The translations under genes were made by a program, and so were the position numbers. The notes under the pieces were generated by a model, which saw only the letters and a list, made by a program, of their open reading frames with translations, ran no database searches and had not been told where the DNA came from. 64,000 nucleotides of DNA, from the NCBI RefSeq assembly GCF_004010195.1, contig NC_057753.1:6940273-7004272 (forward strand). The letters are read 5' to 3'. Position 1 is the stretch's first letter. Each line of letters starts with the position of its first letter. Positions 24,901-36,264 of this stretch are shown one piece after another. This stretch comes from Chiloscyllium plagiosum (lineage: Eukaryota).

Positions 24901-26943
24901 CGGATGAATGAACACCACTCAACAATCAGCAGACACGAGTCTTCCCTCCTAGTTGGAGACCACTTCAGCATTCCGAGATATTCGACCTCGGACCTACAAG
25001 TGACTGTCTTCCAAGGTAGACTTCGTGACAGGCAACAACGGAAAGTGGCAGAGTGGAGGCTGATAGCCAAGTTTGGGACCCATGGGGATGACCTCAACTG
25101 GGACCTTGGGTTCATGTCTCATGCGGGTGACCTTACTGCACTACACACCCATAATCGAGACACAGAAACCGAGACACAGACACACACACATAGAGACTCC
25201 TACACACGCACACTCCTACACACACATTCCTACTGTCACACACACTCCTACAGACATGCACACACTCCTGCAATGCATACACACACGCAGACCTTCTCTC
25301 ATACACAAGCTCTCTTTCATATGCTCACACAGACACTCCCACACACGCACCCTCACAGACTTGTGGCCCTTTACACTCTCACACACAAACACACTCTGTC
25401 ACAGAAGTTCATAATCCACCGCACAAACACACCCACATGCAGCAACAGAAATATAAGTTTGTGGGGTGAAGTTGCACTTGAGAATTAAATTTTATTTTGT
25501 TCAAAAACTGCATGAATCCACGAAACATTCTGTAAGGCGGCTGAAATTTGTGGCACAGACAGTCTCACACAGAGCATCTCAACCATCAATGCATTATCTA
25601 GGCCGACATGACAGCAATTGTTAAAGTTCACTTGAGAGTGTAACTTCAAAAAATTGTATGCTTTAAATATGAAAGAACGGAAACAAACATGCCCATTCTA
25701 AAAGATGAGAGACTTAACAAACAACCCAGGCCTTTTCAGTTTACAGTTTCAGCTGTATCAAACTGCAAACCGTTGCCACAAATTCTGTGTCTTATGATGT
25801 TATTCTCCACACCAACCTGATGAAGGAACAATGCTCCGGAAGTTAGTGCTTCCAAATAAACCAGTTGGACTAGAACCTGGTATTGTGTGACTTTTAACTA
25901 TCAACAGAAATATTCGGCAAATCTAATGGAGACTTTCAGCTTGCTGTTGGAGTTGCAACATTTTAACATTTATGTCAACGGTAATACATTTGAAGCATTC
26001 ATATTTACTGTTCATACCCCATTGAAGATTTTTAGCAACAAATATCCAGACTATTTTGGTGGAGATTGCTTTTACATTCAGATTGAAAATTGTGCATGTG
26101 GCAGGGCAAGAAAACATGATTGCCAACGCATTGTCAAGACTTGGATGAGAAACCGAGGTATTCAGCGGTGGGAATATACAGACTGATATAGAACGTAGTC
26201 GCGCATGTTCGCATGGTTACAGTCAAAGTAATGCACGTGTGTTGCAGTGTGCTAACAGGGTAATACTAAAGGGTTTAAAAATGAAGCGTTCTTTGAATAT
26301 TGATCGTTCACTTTTTTAAGTGGGAAGAAGCAATGATTCTGCCTTTTTAATAAGGTCATTGTACCCTTTTTATCGAGAGTGGTTAGATGCCGATTTGTCT
26401 GAACTGGCTACTTTAATAATGGCTAACGTCCTTAGTCAACAACCAGAGGAGTCCTTTAGGAATCTTTGTTGAAATACTTACAAAATGAAAGGGAGCTCCG
26501 GGAATTTTCTCGTTTGGTTTAACTTTAGCTGGGCACCTATCAAAAGCTGCGGTCATTGAAAGAGGTTTCATGTTTCAAAGAATGGTCCCTGGCCGATTCT
26601 CTCTTTCTCTCTTGCATCTCTCTTGGAAGAAACTCTGCCTCAGTTTACCTTTATGCCAAGGTGTGTGTTTAAAGAATATTGCAGGATATCAGAACAGCTC
26701 TTTGTTAAGTTGGATTGTATCGACCAGATTTTCACTGCGTGGTTATTCTGCATTCTGTTTTCTTTTGTTTGCTTTTAGTTTTGTAGTCTGTAAATCAATT
26801 TTGCTTTGTTTATAACTGAATGGGTTGACAAGCTGCATCATTTCTGGAATGCCCACATTCCACATGCATAAGACAACTAAAAGCATTACGGTCTGGGCTA
26901 ACCTCTTGAAATGTTATGAGAAGATTTGGCCGAGTCCATAACA
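21940..26943 (+). mobile_element. Gypsy (Gmr1-like) RT-RNase H, PPT and 3' LTR, interrupted by a MITE and a Penelope element
   Basis: EIESMLQDDII..SGWSS, YWQI, FVTP..QFKFMSFDMKNATAMFQRL, FYIDD, INLAK..VTFLDH, FKVAIEASD, HQQKYS, FTVHTPL; purine tract AAGTGGGAAGAAG near 26318; LTR about 26330-26943 ending GTCCATAACA. No integrase after RNase H. Confidence 0.85.
23183..25899 (+). mobile_element. Penelope-like element (RT, GIY-YIG endonuclease, CA-rich tract, terminal repeat), frameshifted
   Basis: VIKP.EKGG, PGQPI, LVTMDVSALYTSIPH, LDHNIFTF, APQYANIF, RYINDIF, CDSANVVYLIHC..YITETMQRLQQRMNEH; flanking 12-bp direct repeat ATCAACAGAAAT (23171-23182, 25900-25911). Confidence 0.93.
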
Positions 26944-27882
26944 GTGTATAGCTCCACTTATCAAACAAGTATTGAACAGCAACATTGTGGTTTTGCCTTT
27001 TAATGTCACTCACCTTGAGAAATATGGAACTATTCTTGGTAAGCTAAGCAGAAGAAAACAAAGTGAAACCAAGGATCAGAAATTCTATGTTTGCATGACT
27101 TGCCAATAGTGACAGCTTTCCAAAATTGTTTTTCCCTTTCTTTTGGTGAGGCTCATGGTGCTAATATAATGCAAATGAAAAACTTTAAGAAAAGAAAAGA
27201 GCTACAATATGGTCGGACCAAGCGTGGAAGCTTTTCTCCAGTAATACCATTCACTCGAAAGTTAGAAACAGAACTGAGGTATTCAGACACGAATCTGCTA
27301 CACCATTCAATAAGATCGTGACTGATCGTCATTCTCACTTTGCTGTGTTTCCTTATAACCCTCCAATCCATTATTATTTAAAAACGATCACAATTGAAAA
27401 TCATTGTCCAAGTTCATAAGGAGGAATTGCGACTAAGTATCAAAACACACGTCTGCAATATTCGTTATAAGGAACAAAATGACACGTTCAGGAGAGTTTT
27501 CCACAAAGACAGAAATCTTGTAGTCTTTAATCTGAATGTAAAAGAAAGCGTGGAATTTGGATTACTGTGTCTATACTGGATTACTTTGCTGTTTATTCAT
27601 ACATCAGTTTTCACCGCTGTGGTCCTTTGATTTTTGTTTTGTATGTTGAACCACAAGTTTGACATGTTCTACCTTTTAAGGAATATATTATTTGCATCCA
27701 TGGGGAAATATTGTAAGGAACACAAAATAACAACAGAACCAAACGCCCAAATAGAATGTTGAAGGAACATAAGCACAAAATACATTGTTACATTGTATCA
27801 GAATCTGAGGGAACACGACTTATGATAAAATTATCGAAATGAAAAATCAGATGCGCGGATGTTCCTCTAAAAGAAATTCTTA

Positions 27883-29243
27883 TTATTCACATTTTTTTTT
27901 TAATTTGAGGAGGTGCTTCCATAAAAATGTAACTACATTCTTCATCTCGTCTCTGAATTTGCTCTGTGTTATTGTATATATACAAGGGTTAAGAAAACAA
28001 CTCAACATCTTTAGCATATTTCCTGCTTCAGTTATGATATATTCAGCGTTTGTGACGTTGCCTCGGTAATAATTAGGGTGGGACAGTCTGGTAATAATCA
28101 AACTCAGAGAATATGTCAACCAAACCATTACGAAACTGAACGAAACAGAGAATAATAGAATGATGGATTTCCTACGGCATTCCATATCTGAATTATTGTG
28201 ATTCTCATTTCTGCGTCCTTGGAATTCAAGGCGGATTCTATTCGCCATCAAAATACGATGGATAGTTAAAGAATTACACATGAAAATTAGCAGAAATGGA
28301 ATCCAAACAATCCAGGCGCAGTAAAACCAGACAAACGATATTCCCGGAGATGAAGCTAAGAAACTTAAACTTGTTTGGCACCCCCACGGCAATTTATTAA
28401 TGATTTGTTCAGGCTCATATAGAAATAAAACCGGAACATTCTTTAACAAGTTCAGGACTGAGATGATTATTAACACTCTGGTGGCAGTTCTTTTGGTGCA
28501 ATACCATGTGTTGAATTTCTGAAGGCAAATCATCACAAATCTGTCAAGTGTGAAGGAAACTGTGAACCAAACATTTAAATCGAGTGCGATTGCGATCATG
28601 TATATAATAAGTTTGCAGACAGGCGTGTAGGATAAGAAGGAAAAGGGAAAGTAGTAGCTGAAAATTCGATACACTACAATGCTATTGATAATAACCAATA
28701 GATCTGCTGTTGCCATGGCCACCATGTAAACGGAGATGCACTTGGAAAGTCCACAGTTTCCTCGCAAAATGATTAAAATAGTCATCAAATTCGCTGTAAG
28801 AGAGACAGAAAATATCTCAAAGCATCACTGCAATAAACATGAAGACATTGAAAGAGTATTTGAAAACATTCTAGTTGATATTTTACATACTTAATTAATC
28901 CAACATTTTCTTATGCTAGTGCAGATATTCTGCTTGGTATGATGAGATCATTTAAAGGTTAACAAACGTATATTTATAGAACGTTATTATTACACCAGAA
29001 ATATTTCAGATAGCAGCAAAAAATGGGAAATGTCCACCACCGTTTCTTCATCTTATGCTAGTAACAATCCATTGCGGAAAAGTGACATTGTTAATCAGGC
29101 TATTTTGACAATATGCAGCATTAGCAATGACAAATTAGCATTGACTCAAGCCAAAGAGGTTAGAATGACTCACCTGGGAAGCAAAGAATTGCAAGAATTG
29201 GGTAGTAAATCTCTTTCAAAAGCATAATCACTGGCTTCGCCAT
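27883..29243 (-). CDS. GPR139-like class A GPCR, gene B, intact (exon 1 29243-29174, exon 2 28793-27883; 326 aa)
   Basis: Exon 1 MAKPVIMLLKEIYYPILAILCFP ends G|GTGAGT; 380-bp intron ends CTTACAG; splicing gives A-NLMTILIILRGNCGLSK; MATADL, TLDRFV, PWGC, IPF..CNSL, SIILLFSVS..VW, NPCIY, SKFR; 981 nt uninterrupted. Confidence 0.93.
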
Positions 29244-29869
29244 CACAGAGCATAAATTATTAATAGGCTTTGATTGCCTGTGACTGGTGCATGAGCAAGG
29301 GAAGGACAGGTATATGCATTTATGCACACATCAGACCTCCAGAGATTCATTAGTGTTAAATCATCTTTCACGTCAATTTGAACTATAGAGAAAAACAATC
29401 AGTTCCTTTCAGGTCTTACCCATGAAATAAAAGAAAGCCTGACTCTGGTATCACATACGTCGCTTAAATTGCTCTATGTATTCACCTGGTCCTCATTTCA
29501 TGTATATACCTTATTTCTGAACTTAGGCAGTTACCTGCCTATAAAATGAACCTATCCTGTGTATCCGTTTCATCTCATCTATTGTCATTCCAAACGTGAT
29601 ATATTGCAGTGTTTCTCCTAACTGCCAAATGAAGCATTTGGGTAGATATAACACAATCTAATAGAGGTTAATTTTCTGATAGTGTATATTTAACTGGAGT
29701 AATGAATGATGCAATGTGAATACTATGGCTGCCATCTTGGAGATTCACTATGTTCCGTATCCCACATCAGATGAGGTACAGGACGAGTTGAAACCTGTCA
29801 AGTTGTCACCCTTTCCAGAAGTGGGGCAAACTGCGAGCAAATATAATCTGATGAGCCGAATAGCTCTTA

Positions 29870-30700
29870 TTGGCAAAACAAAAGAACGAATTAATAATGA
29901 AGTGTACGGCTTCACATTTGGAAGTTTAATCAAGAATAATCAGTATGCCTTCATGAAAAGGGAATCATACTTGAACATTTTATTAAAGTTTTATGGGGAA
30001 GTTGAACCAGAATGGATAGAGGGAGAGCTGGTAGATGTATTGTATTTGGAGTTCCTGGTAACGTTCAACTAGAGCCTTGGATTCAACGATTATAGAGGTC
30101 TATAAAAACATGAAGCACACACGTAAGGTCAATGGCATGTCTAATTTCCTAGGGTGAGTTATTCCAAGACAACGTGACATATTTTCCAAGGACGAAAAGC
30201 GCAGCAGGTCAGGCAGCATCCAAGGAACAGGAGAATCGACGTTTCGGGCATAAGCCCTTCTTCAGGAGGGCTTATGCCCGAAACGTCGATTCTCCTGTTC
30301 CTTGGATGCTGCCTGATCTGCTGCGCTTTTCCAGCAACACATTTTCAGCTCTGCTCTCCAGTATCTGCAGTTCTCACTTTCGCCTCGAATATTTTTTCAA
30401 GCAGAATGGACAGATATTTTTTTTAAAAAACCTATGAGAAATACTTTAAAAAGGTATGAGGGGCAAAATTATTCCACGTAGTTAAGACCTTATGTGGAAA
30501 GAACATACAGAGAAAGTAGTAAAGGTGTGTATAGTTGCAAAATTTAAAGGATGTTTAGTTAAGAACATGAACAACAAATGTTTGTATGAATAATGGTAAT
30601 ATTCACGCAAATGGGAAGAGATTAGCTTGGGATGACGTTCTGCATTGATTGTTTGGCCCGAAGGATCTATTTCCGTTCTCTGTGACGCATGACAGTATGA
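29870..30700 (+). mobile_element. Decayed CR1 fragments with an inserted palindromic Penelope-derived MITE (about 30195-30380)
   Basis: LIKNNQYAFMKRESYL..VDVLYLEF and a 3' tail; the insertion GAGAATCGACGTTTCGGGCATAAGCCCTTCTTCAGG-AGGGCTTATGCCCGAAACGTCGATTCTC is an inverted repeat. Confidence 0.7.
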
Positions 30701-30922
30701 AATATGAAGTATTCCTAAGTGACCTTATAAAGGTAGATGCTGAAAGGATGTATTTCGCCATGTGATGGCCTGGAATAAAAAACGTGAAAGTGCACCAATG
30801 TATAACTGGCATAGAAATGAATTTCTCCTTTCATAGCATTGCAAACCTTTGGTACTTCTTACCACAGAGAGCTGTGAGAGCAGAATCATTCTGATAGTTC
30901 GAAGCATGCAATATTTATCCAA

Positions 30923-30974
<52 letters not shown>
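30923..30974 (+). repeat. (CTAT)n tetranucleotide microsatellite
   Basis: Uninterrupted CTATCTATCTAT run. Confidence 0.97.
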
Positions 30975-33900
30975 ATACATGCATGCATATATAATCCACT
31001 GATTAAGGATTACACATATGTACATCTATATAAATATGTGTATCTCCTTAACCAGGAAAGAGGTTTGCCTATTCTACCTTTCAGGTGCTGCAAAGATGTC
31101 TATCATACAATATTTCACTGCATTTTGTCCAAAACCATTTGCTTTATTTTAACTGCTGACCTCCATATTGTGCTAGCACTGATCCAGAGTGTTCAAACAA
31201 GTCGGGTGGCCTTGCTTCTTACAAATAACGTCTATAAATTAATTCAGATCTTCTCTCACTTTCCTACTGAGAATTTGTATTTTTGTTCTGGCTCTCAGAT
31301 GTCCAGTTATCTGACTTTCATTGTCTGATTTCTCCAAAGCTTCATTTATCCACAGTCTTGGGTTTATACCCATCAACGCTAAAAAAAAAGTGTCTATGAC
31401 GTCTGCAAAACCGTTCATAATGAAACTACAAATCCCACTCCCTCAATCAGAACATCCAGAAGCTTGTAAGATAAAGAGCTCAGCAGTCCGATTTTGGTTT
31501 CAATTTTTTCAATCTCCCCAAAGCTGCTTCTGATTATTGTCTGTTACTCCTTGCACATGTGCTATATGAGTAATATTGAACTCCCATGCAGTCCTGCACA
31601 GGCGACTTGCACCCCAACGTTAATTGAATTGATGTATCTAACTTTACGTGATGTATTCTTAAAGCTCAATGACTTCTCTGAAAACAAAGATAGAAACAAG
31701 AAAAAGCTTATTTTCCTTCTTGAAATGAATCCTGATTGATCTTCACTGATTTCCTGCATTTCTTTTTCAATGCCTCCAGATTATGACTCTATCTGACCTG
31801 TCGAAGTTTAATGGATACTAAACCGTGAAATACCCTGAGGAAACTTACTTAGGTACCTTGGCACCTCCAAAAACAGTGAACATCAACACGTATAAAGACA
31901 CGCACAATAGAGACTTCGGGACATAATCACGTCACACTCCCCTCTAATGTTCTTACCAACCAGATTTCAAAACGTATTTCCAATGTTTTACTGTCAGTGG
32001 ATGAGTTCCAAGATGCCCGTTGTTAAGGGAATTGTGATGCATTTGCAGCGCATAACCTACAGTTATGCAAGAAGGCAGCTCATCATCATCTTGTTAAATG
32101 GCAACTGGAGTTGAGCAATAATTGTTAGTTCAGCCAGTGAGGCCCAGAAAGGCTCATTTCAGGATCCTTCCAAGATATCGCCCTTCTTCACGGCAGTAAC
32201 TTATCCTTAATTAAGAATTCAACACCACTTCCTCTTTTCAAAACTTTCTAGACCTGCTGAAATGCCAATTCCCAATAGTGTTGAGTAGTTGGTCCTTCCC
32301 CTACGTCAACCATGTTCCACGATGGCAGCAACATCCTAAGTGTCAACTCAAACGCTGATCGGTTTTCCCTTCAACACTCTTAGCTTTTAAGTCGACAAAT
32401 TCCAGCCTCTCTTTATTCTTTGAATCTGAACATGACTGTAAACGTTTTACCTTGGTTGCTTAACAATATTATGCCTTGTGCCTACTTTTGTGCAAAAGTT
32501 GCATACCCCTTCCCCGCCGAACTGGTTTCAACAATTCCCAGCTGCACTTAAAATCTCACCCACAAATATGTTGGTCCCCTTTTGTTCGATCTATAGATTT
32601 CTTTCAGTTCCTGCTGAATGGTTTGTTTTTCAAGCTCTTTTTTTATTAGGCACCGTCTTTCAACATTGAGGAACAGAAAGATAGATACAGACACAGAGAC
32701 ATCGACAGAGACAGAGGCTGTTGAGAATCCTTGTTGTTTTCTCCTCTGCCTATGCCTGAAACATTAGGTAGAATGATCCATTTCATATTCCTGTTTTCCA
32801 TTGCGATGTCTTTCTCAGCTGAAAAGGTGCCAGCAACCCTTTTAGCTCCAACGTTTGAAACTTATCATACAGATGTGAATTGCAAAGGCCCTGTACATCT
32901 CTTGCTAATGACTCAGTTGACTTGTTTCGATAATATCATGTCAAATACCAATCTCATTACAAGCATTTCGTTTATTGCATTTTGGTTTCTTAAACTTGCC
33001 ACAATCCAGGGTGAGGTTCTGACTGAAAGCATTAGAAACTCAGCATCTCTGATAGCAGTAGTGGAGAGAGAAGTGAAGTCAATGTTTCGACTCCATTTTA
33101 ACTCTTCCTCAGGAGATAATCGAAGTGAAAAATCGCACGAAGCCAGTACATCTCCACAACCACGAGAGGACGGAGCAACTTTCCGAAAGCTATTGCTTCC
33201 AAAAAAAAAAGAACCTGTTGGACGAGACCCTAGTATAATGTGAGTTTTAACTTTGTCCACCCCAGTCCAACACCTTCTCCTCCAAATCATCACCAAAGTG
33301 GACATCGGACAAAATGTGTTAACAGTCTTATGCGAAGAGGTTTGGAAAATTTGGCAGTGAATTTTATGGAACCTTGACACATATCGGTCCAAACTGTGTC
33401 CAGTGTTATTTTTGTTCCCTACAGCATAGAATAGTTTTTTTTTCTTGTTTTATTTATCCCCATCTATATCTGACCAATCATGTCGAACATTTCGTATAAA
33501 ATACTTGGTGCTAATATTAGACGCTGTATGTGTTGCTTTCAACGTACAGCTTTAGCATTCTACATTCTGAGGTTGTAATGTTCATTGCTTTAGTACTGTT
33601 TATTCCCCTTTCCAGTTTTAAGCAGTGTGAAAAGATATAGACTGAAACGAAAACACTCTAACAGCATTGTGATAATTAGCAGAATATGAGAATGCTCACA
33701 TCTGTACGTGTTCTAGGAAAACAGAAGCATGTTGTCACACAACGGATTGGTAACTTCGAAGGCGTGCAGTGTCATTGATCATCGCTAATCACTACTGTGA
33801 ATTGAACAGCTCTCAAATTGTAAAATGCTCCAAACTAAGATGACATGAAAGTTAGGCTTTTGAAATGTAATTGCTTGAGTTCCAAACAAGTATTTGCCAG

Positions 33901-35464
33901 GTTGTTGACTGGGTGAAACATATGGAATAGTGCCAATAACCTTTGACTCAATACAGGAAGCGAAGTCATCCCTTTGCAACGACTTCAACTTTGCCCATAT
34001 CAAATAATGATTCCCGGAAGCCAACCTCATATGCCCATATCATTCCAATACAAAAGTGAATTGGCAGTCTGAGGAGATAGGTATAGCTTTGTGGGGTAGG
34101 GATTGGTTCCTCTTGTGATTTATGGAGTATTGTATTTTAATTTGTCAGGCCAGGAATCAGCATTGGTTTTCCTCCCAGTTTCTAGATTTTTTTTAATTTG
34201 CGAATTACCTGCTCCTCCTTTATAATGGTGCAATTCAACACCTATTGCCTCTTCTTAAAATAACTGCCAGAAAAAAACTTTAATTCTCCAAGTTAAATTT
34301 CATCAGTCTTTTCTCACTCTGTTTTGTCTGCTTCCATCTCCGTGAAAACAGCCAACTAGCCTCCAGTTCTGATGAACGGTTACCCGATGTGAAACATTAA
34401 CTTTGATTTCTCGTCACCAATGCTGCCAGACATGATGACTTTTTTTCTAGAACGTTACGTTTTTGGCACTGAACATAATAAAGGCGTACAATTAGAACAT
34501 TTCACCACCATAAACACTGCACTGGCATTGCCCGTACCTCCTTCCATTTAATCTCAGTTCCATGTAAGCTGACATCAATAAGGTACAGCACCTGCTGCAT
34601 ATGCACAGTTAACCAATTTTTTTTGGTCGTAAACGTATGTCAAAGAAGTGTCATTGGTTTACTGCTCTCCAGTCTGAACAATTTTTCGTCACCATTCTCT
34701 CATTATTGACTTCAGAAATATTTGGTCTCGAGCCTACTGGTGCCTCCTCAGTCCCATAAGCTTTATTTTTGATCAAGAGTATTTATGTGGCATTTCACTA
34801 AATTTCTTCTGAAACTTTGTTAACGAATCATCCACACGTGAGCCTCCATCACCCCTTTATGAAACGCCGTGAGATAATCGAATGTATTCCAAAGGTGTAT
34901 GTAGTAGAAGAGATCTATCCTCTTGTTAAGCACGTACTCGTCCAACTTCGTACTGCCTCCCCGATTTTCTGCTGTCTGTCTTGAAAATTAGCTATGTTTC
35001 AGCAGGGCATAAGAAAGAGCATGGAGAGGACAATAGTTCCCTCGAGCCTGCTATTCTATTTAGTAGGATCATGGCTAATCCAAAATTAGTCACGCCAACT
35101 TTCCTGCCATTCCCCTTACCACTTTATTCCTTTATGGTTTGTGAACAATGAAATTTGACTGTAGCGCCCTTTCAGGTAATGGGTCCCAGATATTTGGAAC
35201 TTTCTCAGCGAAAATGAAAATATTCCCTTCTTGAACTGCACAAAACGTTCGTTTGGCCACAGCTGGAGTTTTGTTCTGGAATCTACGTTGTGTGAAAAAT
35301 GTGACTGTACTGAAAATAGTACAGAAAATGTTTATCATGCCGTTGTCTGGACTGGAGAGCTGTATGTACACAGAAATATTGGTAGACTGGGGTTAAATTC
35401 TTACAGCAGTGGACACACACAGGCACATGATTGAACATTACAATATTATGAGGGCAATTCTGAA

Positions 35465-35770
35465 AAGATTTGTAGCTCAGTTTGAGGTTCTGGATGTAAG
35501 TTATCTCGTTGAGCTGAGAAGTTTATTTTCAGATATTTCATCACCATAATAGGCAACATTGTCAGTGAGCCTCCAGTGAAGAACTGATTCTATATCCCAC
35601 TTTGCATTTATGTATTTAGTGTGTTGGTAGGTTTGTGAGCTACCAAAATGTCAAGAGGTCGGAGTAGTCTGATAGTCATTTTCGAGATGTCTTTGATGTA
35701 AGGCAAAGTGGCTAGAGTTTCTGGGCGTGCTATGTTTGTTTGTTATCAGTTAAATCCACAGTAACACATC
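35465..35770 (-). mobile_element. Penelope-like fragment of a second family
   Basis: Minus strand reads LATLPYIKDISKMTIRLLRPLDI; adjacent terminus-like GTAGCTCAG..GTTCTGGATGTAAGTT. Confidence 0.55.
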
Positions 35771-35929
35771 TGCAATTACATTGTTACGACCCACAAAATG
35801 TACGTTTTCGAAATTAAAAATCTCTAACACAAGACTTCGACGAAATAGTCTCATATTGTTGTCATTACAGCATTCTAAAAAATTAAGAGGATCATGATCT
35901 GTGTACATTACTGTGTCCAACACATTGTT

Positions 35930-36242
35930 TTTTTTTAGATTGCATCACATTACAGTGTGGAAACAGGCCCTTCGGCCCAACAAGTCCACACCGACCCGCT
36001 GAAGCGCAACCCACCCATACCCTTACATTTACCCCTTACCTAACACTACGGGCAATTTAGCATGGCCAATTCACCTGACCGGCACATCTTTGGACTGTGG
36101 GAGGAAACCGGAGCACCCGGAGGAAACCCACGCAGACACGGGGAGAATGTGCAAACTCCACACAGTCAGTCGCCTGAGGCGGGAATTGAACCCGGGTCTC
36201 AGGCGCTGTGAGGCAGCAGTGCTAACCACTGTGCCACCGTGC
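35930..36242 (-). mobile_element. HE1-type V-SINE (tRNA-derived), young
   Basis: GCACGGTGGCACAGTGGTTAGC (A box), GGTTCAATTCCC (B box), V domain TGTGTGGAGTTTGCACATTCTCCCCGTGTCTGCGTGGGTTTCC, CR1-like tail and poly(A); flanking CATTGTT repeat (35923-35929, 36242-36248). Confidence 0.95.
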
Positions 36243-36264
36243 ATTGTTCTTGACATACACATTA

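Noticed and set aside
24736-25488. 250-aa ORF with a His/Thr-rich tail
   Set aside because: Penelope GIY-YIG relic reading into a CA-rich microsatellite-like tract; not a host gene.
30849-31328. 159-aa hydrophobic ORF with YLSI repeats
   Set aside because: The repeat is the translated (CTAT)n microsatellite; no family motifs.
32731-33392. Overlapping 170-aa and 159-aa ORFs on opposite strands
   Set aside because: No recognisable domain; the region includes MITE and Penelope terminal remnants, so these are likely chance ORFs.
36170-36242. tRNA-like A and B boxes
   Set aside because: Head of the HE1-type SINE, not a tRNA gene.
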